A stretch of 64,000 bases of DNA, from positions 56,544,001-56,608,000 of the forward strand of contig CM060732.1 in NCBI GenBank assembly GCA_030704615.1. Direction: 5' to 3'. Within the stretch, counting starts at the first letter, position 1. Every line of letters starts with the position of its first letter. This document shows positions 58,822 to 64,000 of the stretch, one piece after another. This DNA is from Takakia lepidozioides. Taxonomy: Eukaryota > Plantae > Bryophyta. The position numbers and the translations under genes were made by a program. Below the pieces are notes generated by a model that was given only the letters and a program-made list of their open reading frames with translations, made no database searches and was not told where the DNA came from.

Positions 58822-61800
58822 TGGGAGTGGATACAACCATGGAAGGCTAACAAGCAACGCAAGGCCCAGCTACAGGATACCTTGAATACACGAAGTCCTG
58901 GCTCAAGTTCACAGATTGCAAGACGGCGACTAACGATGGGGCTACTCTTGTACCCGGCCTCTTGGTCTATAAAATTTGAGTACAATAGGGACAGTGATAG
59001 GGGACTTAGGACGGCTGTGGCTATTACATCTTGTAGCTATCTGGAGTTAGAGGGACCTATCCACCAGCTAGGGGGGCGATTGTGGCAGACTACTTTATTG
59101 TGCATATATGTATGGTGTGGTTTGGACAGCGATGTAGTTGTGTAGCGATATGTATGCGCACGACAGAAGCAATGTTAATTGAGTTTGAAGCAGGACCTAG
59201 TAACCAGACCTGGATACTTGATTCTGGGGTGAGCATGCATGTTGGGAAAGAGAACTTGGAGTCCTTATCTGACCTGAACTCTCGCTCCTCGATCAATAGC
59301 ATCTCTACTGCCAGTGGCACAAAGTTGCCAACCTCAGGAGCTGGATGTATCAATTTCTCCGGAAATAAAATCATTGATGTTCTATATGTGCCGTCGATGA
59401 CCAAAATCTCATTTTCCATAGGCAAATTAACAGACAATGGGCATGTTATCATGTTTGACGCTCAAAAGTGCCTAGTATTTGACAAGGGAAATCCTCGGAA
59501 AATCCTTCTTAGAGGATCAAGGGACCCATATAATCGGTTGTATAAATTGGATATGTCTCCATCTGCCCTTTGAATGGGACGAGTCCTCGTGCATCCCAAG
59601 GTGGCCGCCCATTTGTAGCCTGCTGGAGCAAAGCAGCGACAAATATGAAGAAGTTTCTCGTCTGTGGCACAACCGGATTGGACATGCTAGCTATTCTCGA
59701 CTGCACTACATGACTACCAATCATCTGATTTCGGGCGTTCCCTTGCTTTCACATCTTCACGATGTCTGCGAAGTATGTGTTAAGGCCAAACAATGCATGA
59801 CTAAGATTTCCAAGGCAACCAAGCATCATACGTTGAGACCCTTCCAACTTGTTCACTCCGACTTGTGCGGCCTTCTAACTGTGATTCTGCTACATGATCA
59901 CTTTCACTGATGACTATTCCAGGTGCTCATGGATTTATTGTCTCCAAACCAAAGATGAGGCTCTCAAGAAATTTCAAGAATTCATGAACATGGTTGAGAC
60001 CTTCTTCTCGTCTAAAATCCAATGCATTCGATTAGACAAAGGAGGAGAATATATGTCTGATTCCAATGTATACGCTAGAGTAGATGTCTCCCTCTGGATA
60101 TCTTCCCCCCTTCTTACTGTTGTTCCTGGCTCGGAGTGGAACCTCATTATGCAGCCTCAATGGCAAATCGTAAGGTTATTTTTTTCCTTACCAGATTAAT
60201 AAAGTTTCCAGGGCTACAATGATACCCTTGTTAATTTTTTAAAAAAAAAAGCCAATAAAGAACATTGTTATGAGAAGCCATCGCTACCAGCTAGTGCGGT
60301 GGGAATATGTAGGGCCGTTTCATTGGGCCCTGATTCTAGAGTGGTCCAGGAATTAATGTGCTCCAGGAATTAGAGTGGGTGCTTATATAGGAAGGCCACG
60401 TGTATTAAGGAATGAGATGAGGGGGTCCAAAAAAAAGAAGGGAGGAATTGGCTAAATTTAGAATAGGGAGTCTTGTAAGGTTGACATGTGTCCAGGGCCT
60501 TCTAGAAGGCTTCTAGAAGGGTCCCACCACCTGAGAGGGTATATAAGGGACCCTCTTACTACCTACTAAATTAGTAAATAGTGGGCTCTGTAAAGGCCGG
60601 CCCCCCCAAAAAAAAAAACAAACAAACAAACAGCAAACATCAATCAATTAATTAATAGAAGTAAATGATGCAGATTTAATTGTTTGCTGATGATGCACAA
60701 GAGTGCGGTGGACCGGTGCCTGTACAATCGCCGGCGGTGGTCCGGTGATATGAATGCCTGTACATTTGCCGGCGGTCTGGGTTCAAACGACTATGCTGCC
60801 TTCATAAAGTTTCCTTGGAATAAAAAGAACATACTTATGGCTGTTGGAACGGGCATGGCGCCGCATCTGATGGTCTGGAACTCAGTACCCAGCCAACCGA
60901 AGTCGAGAACGTGGAGATATTCTGATGGTCGAAGGATTACTTCTGGGTGTACGTGGCAGGCAGTGGTACGCGGGAATATCCTGGGCATCCTTAAAAGGCA
61001 TGGACCGCGTCCAGTCGGACTGTCGCTCTTGTCGGGGGCCAGCTTCGGCTCCGGATATTCGGAATCTGGTTTCGCCATCCGTTTCGCCAATATTAGCTCA
61101 TACTAGATACCTCCACTTGTATTTTACGGCTTTGAAGTCTTCAAAGCTAATAAGCTAAGTTCACAACACCATTATAAGGAAACAAATAGAAGATAGTCTC
61201 TTGCTGGCACGCCGCCACTGGCGGCAAGCAGGTGGGCCTCTCTTTAATTTTAGATTCATTCTAAAAATAGTTTTTTCCTCCAGTGTTGATTTGTTTACCC
61301 TTTTTTTTCCATTTTTACTTTGGGGCCTTGTTTGAGGGTGAAGCAAAGTCCAAGGATATACAAGGGCGTGAGAGAGTGAAGGATCAATGCATGTGCAACG
61401 AATGTAATGGCTACGATTTAAGCCCAGGATCATTGGGGTGGCATTTAGGATACATCCAGTCACCTTCTTTCGTGCGGCCTATTTCATTGTAAAAGACAAA
61501 CGGTGCTTATCACCTAGACACTTTACGGAAATAGGGGACCTTCAACCTGGGAAAGGGACTTGGGACACACGTGCCTTCCAAAGGTGCCAACCGTGCAAGG
61601 CAAAAGCCAGGTGGCTAGAGCATAATACTATCTCACTAGTGGTTGTGGGTTCAAAATCACATAAGTGTGTAGGATGTCATAAAGGTGTCCACTTTACCAT
61701 AAGTTACGCAAGACTCCACCTTTTTCTATTTTTAAACCATTGACCGAAATAGTTGGTGTGTGGGGGGAGGGCACATGCAGGGCCAAGCCTTGAGATCGAA

Positions 61801-63142
61801 GGGCTAGTGTCTCCTCAAGGCCGCCCGAAATTTGTTACACTCAAAAACCTTGGCTGAGAAGAGGGCTTGGTCGCATGTGGCTAAAGACTGCATTAGAGGT
61901 CGCTCTATTTCGACATTAATTAATTCATTGTAAATGAAAATGAATATTTTAAAATTCTGCCCTGGGAGTAGACAAAATGTGGGAATAATCTTCATTTAAA
62001 AAGATGAACTTTGAAAAACAAAAGATGACAATATGGTAGTGAAAACGTCAAGTTTGAAAGAAAAAATAAAATAAAATTTGAGACTTATTAAACATGTTTA
62101 TCCCTAACTATGACTATGGCTTGCCAGAGAGTTATGGCTAATCATAACTATGACCTGCAGCAGAGAATGTCAATTGTACGTGAATCTTGACATGACCCAC
62201 CTAATTTAATGAGAAGTACCCATGAATGCCGAATTCCTGAAAAAATGGATGAAGCCTGAACGAAAAAATTAATATTGTTGCCAAACCTGGCGACTTGCAT
62301 GTATTTAATGATTCCCGGGTCCGTCAAAATAGATCGGCCTCTACGTAAAGAGGGATGCAATGCAACCGTGAACAACATTCCGAATGAATATGTATATTAG
62401 ACGCTAACCGAAACCAGCGTAAATAAGAGCCTCTTCCCCCTGCAAGTACTGCTCCCTTTCAGGAGTGGGCTCAGAGCATGAAACCACTTAACATAAGGGG
62501 CTAAAGAGCTAATATCACATATTTTGAATGGCACGGTTCTCAAATACTCGTGAACAGCAACATTGAAAAGTTTGAGCAGCCAAGTTCACCATTTTACTTT
62601 TAATTGAAAAGAAAAAAAGAAAAGAAAACAAATTTCCCCTTAAATAATTCCAAATAAAAATTTCCGGGGCCTCTGTCCCCTTCTTTCCGAAAACAAAAAG
62701 AAAAAAGAAGAAGGGAATGAGACCTGGATTACAAAGAGGCAAGGAGAAAATAGCCATTACGAGGCCTGAAGGCTTACAATTTGTTTTTCTTTTTTTGATA
62801 AGAGGGAGCCCAATTGCAAAGGAGTTGGAAAAATAATAGCCCCAAGCGGGGGAGGCTAACCCAGGGGATTCAAACATTCAAACCACACCGGAACCACAAG
62901 CTTACTTTCTTCATTATGGCAGGCTTGGGCTGATTTTCACAAATTAAATTATTTATTCTCTCTTAGATTAGAAAGTATTTCTATTTTATTTAAATATATG
63001 TATTTGATTTTGTTCTTTAAAAATTTGATTATCTTTGTATGAATTAGACACAATTCATAGAAAATATAATTTCAGAGCCACACCACAGCGCACATGGATC
63101 ATTGACAAGGTAACTTAAGACAGTTGGAAGTTACCAGGACAA

Positions 63143-63298
63143 ACGTAATTTACGTTCAGGTTTTTATCCTTTAGCTAGATTGGCGGGCAAGTGGTTGACC
63201 AGCCCTGCATGGACACGTCATTTGGGAGTCAAGCTTTACACGTAATGAGAACTTGCAACGTGTCCCTAGAAATACTGACGGCACATGGATTGGGACGT
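63143..63298. promoter_or_regulatory. Cluster of six ACGT cores including ABRE/G-box-like ACGTGTC and ACGTGG
   Basis: ACGT at 63143, 63152, 63215, 63240, 63258 and 63295, in non-TE-looking sequence followed by a UTR-like region with a possible donor AG|GTAGGA near 63622. Confidence 0.35.
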
Positions 63299-64000
63299 GG
63301 GGTGCAGCAGTGGGAGTGTGGAGGTGGGGCTTGTTTGCCGGGGAGAAGATGGGCATGCGAGAGACGATGGCGCGAAGCGTGCAGGGATTGTATGGTGTGT
63401 GTGCTTGCGTCGCTTGGCGCTATGCCTTCTGCCTTTCTTAGCCTTCTTATCCTGTCGACAACATTCTGGTTAGATGGCAGGACACACTAGGGTTTTCCCG
63501 TCAGATATGGTGTTCGTGTCTCGAGTCTTCATACACACATACAGACATAGATAGGGGAAGTAGATGCTTGCAATTTGTTCTTCGTGTGAGCTCTTTCCGT
63601 CTCCCTCGTAATTCTTAACAGGTAGGAATTGCGCATTGCATGTTTCGTTTCATACTTGTTTCCTGATTTGCTTTGCTGAAGCTTATTTGTCCCCGGATGA
63701 CCTGTTCATCCCTTCGTTGCTTTCTTCCTCAATTCTGGTTGTTATGGGATACATAATGAGAGTAAGCTGACCTGCTAAGCACTTCGGCTAGACATAGGGA
63801 GTTCCGCTTGCACTGATTAGTGCTCTGTTGCAAGGTTTCAGCATCCTGAAGGGAGACGAAATGCTTTATAGAGAGAAGGGAGGCAACAAAGCTAGTGATC
63901 CCAACCATTAAAGGATGAAAGAAGTTCCAAATCACCTAATCGGCAAGAAGTCGAGCTTGGTGTGGGTCTTTCATACGGCTAGAGTGAAAGCTTCGAACAA

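Larger units (their letters stand above)
53658..59165 (+). mobile_element. DNMT/PHD-carrying Ty3/Gypsy-like element, copy 2, both ends present, no LTRs detected
   Basis: Termini TGTC...GACA with 4-bp TSD GAAG (53654-53657, 59166-59169). Excision restores the Copia frame ATDFTIE|AMLIEFEAGPSNQTWILDSG. Confidence 0.9.
52698..60060 (+). mobile_element. Decayed Ty1/Copia element (gag-PR-IN; RT and LTRs not seen), split by DNMT copy 2
   Basis: Gag LW..LKKKFE...KMTEGMSVEDYL; protease WILDSG.SMH; gag-pre-integrase LWHNRIGH..CEVC..AKQ; rve LVHSDLCG, FTDDYSR and IRLDKGGEY. Confidence 0.9.

Noticed and set aside
59081-59165. 85-bp 3' LTR of DNMT copy 2
   Set aside because: Follows a PPT-like tract and has TG...CA ends, but has no direct-repeat counterpart at the 5' end of either copy.
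60310-61830. Harbinger-like element or Myb/SANT remnant (KAVKYKWRYLV on the minus strand near 61110-61135)
   Set aside because: Motif too short, and no paired TIR or TSD identified.

Overview
Eukaryotic, land-plant-like DNA. PLS-type PPR, Rubisco activase, CSI1 and pectin-methylesterase fragments point to a plant; a bryophyte, lycophyte or fern is my guess and cannot be proven here. The window is almost entirely nested transposable elements, with a 500-N gap at 26978-27477. Elements resolved: (i) two copies of a Ty3/Gypsy-type element carrying a DNMT3-like cytosine-5 methyltransferase between protease and RT and a PHD finger after integrase (minus strand <1-7911; plus strand 53658-59165). A conserved UAG-CAA-CCA leaky-stop context lies between DNMT and RT, and the complete copy has no recognisable LTRs despite a clean 4-bp TSD. 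(ii) A 32-kb non-autonomous CACTA element (9120-41329, 29-bp TIRs, GTA TSD) carrying PPR fragments. (iii) Inside it, a Tat/Athila-like LTR retrotransposon (10456-37606) and a second, inverted copy of that family. (iv) Inside those, TIR-like-ended DNA elements carrying a spliced gene for a ParB-like domain fused to a beta-class amino-(N6A/N4C) DNA methyltransferase, a head-to-head pair of unknown paralogues, and large arrays of 22-bp palindromes. (v) A chromovirus (42432-49219). (vi) A decayed Ty1/Copia element. (vii) An unclassified long-ORF element that hosts several of the insertions. The two most novel-looking systems are the ParB-MTase element with its parS-like palindrome arrays and the LTR-less DNMT/PHD Gypsy-like element with stop-codon readthrough.
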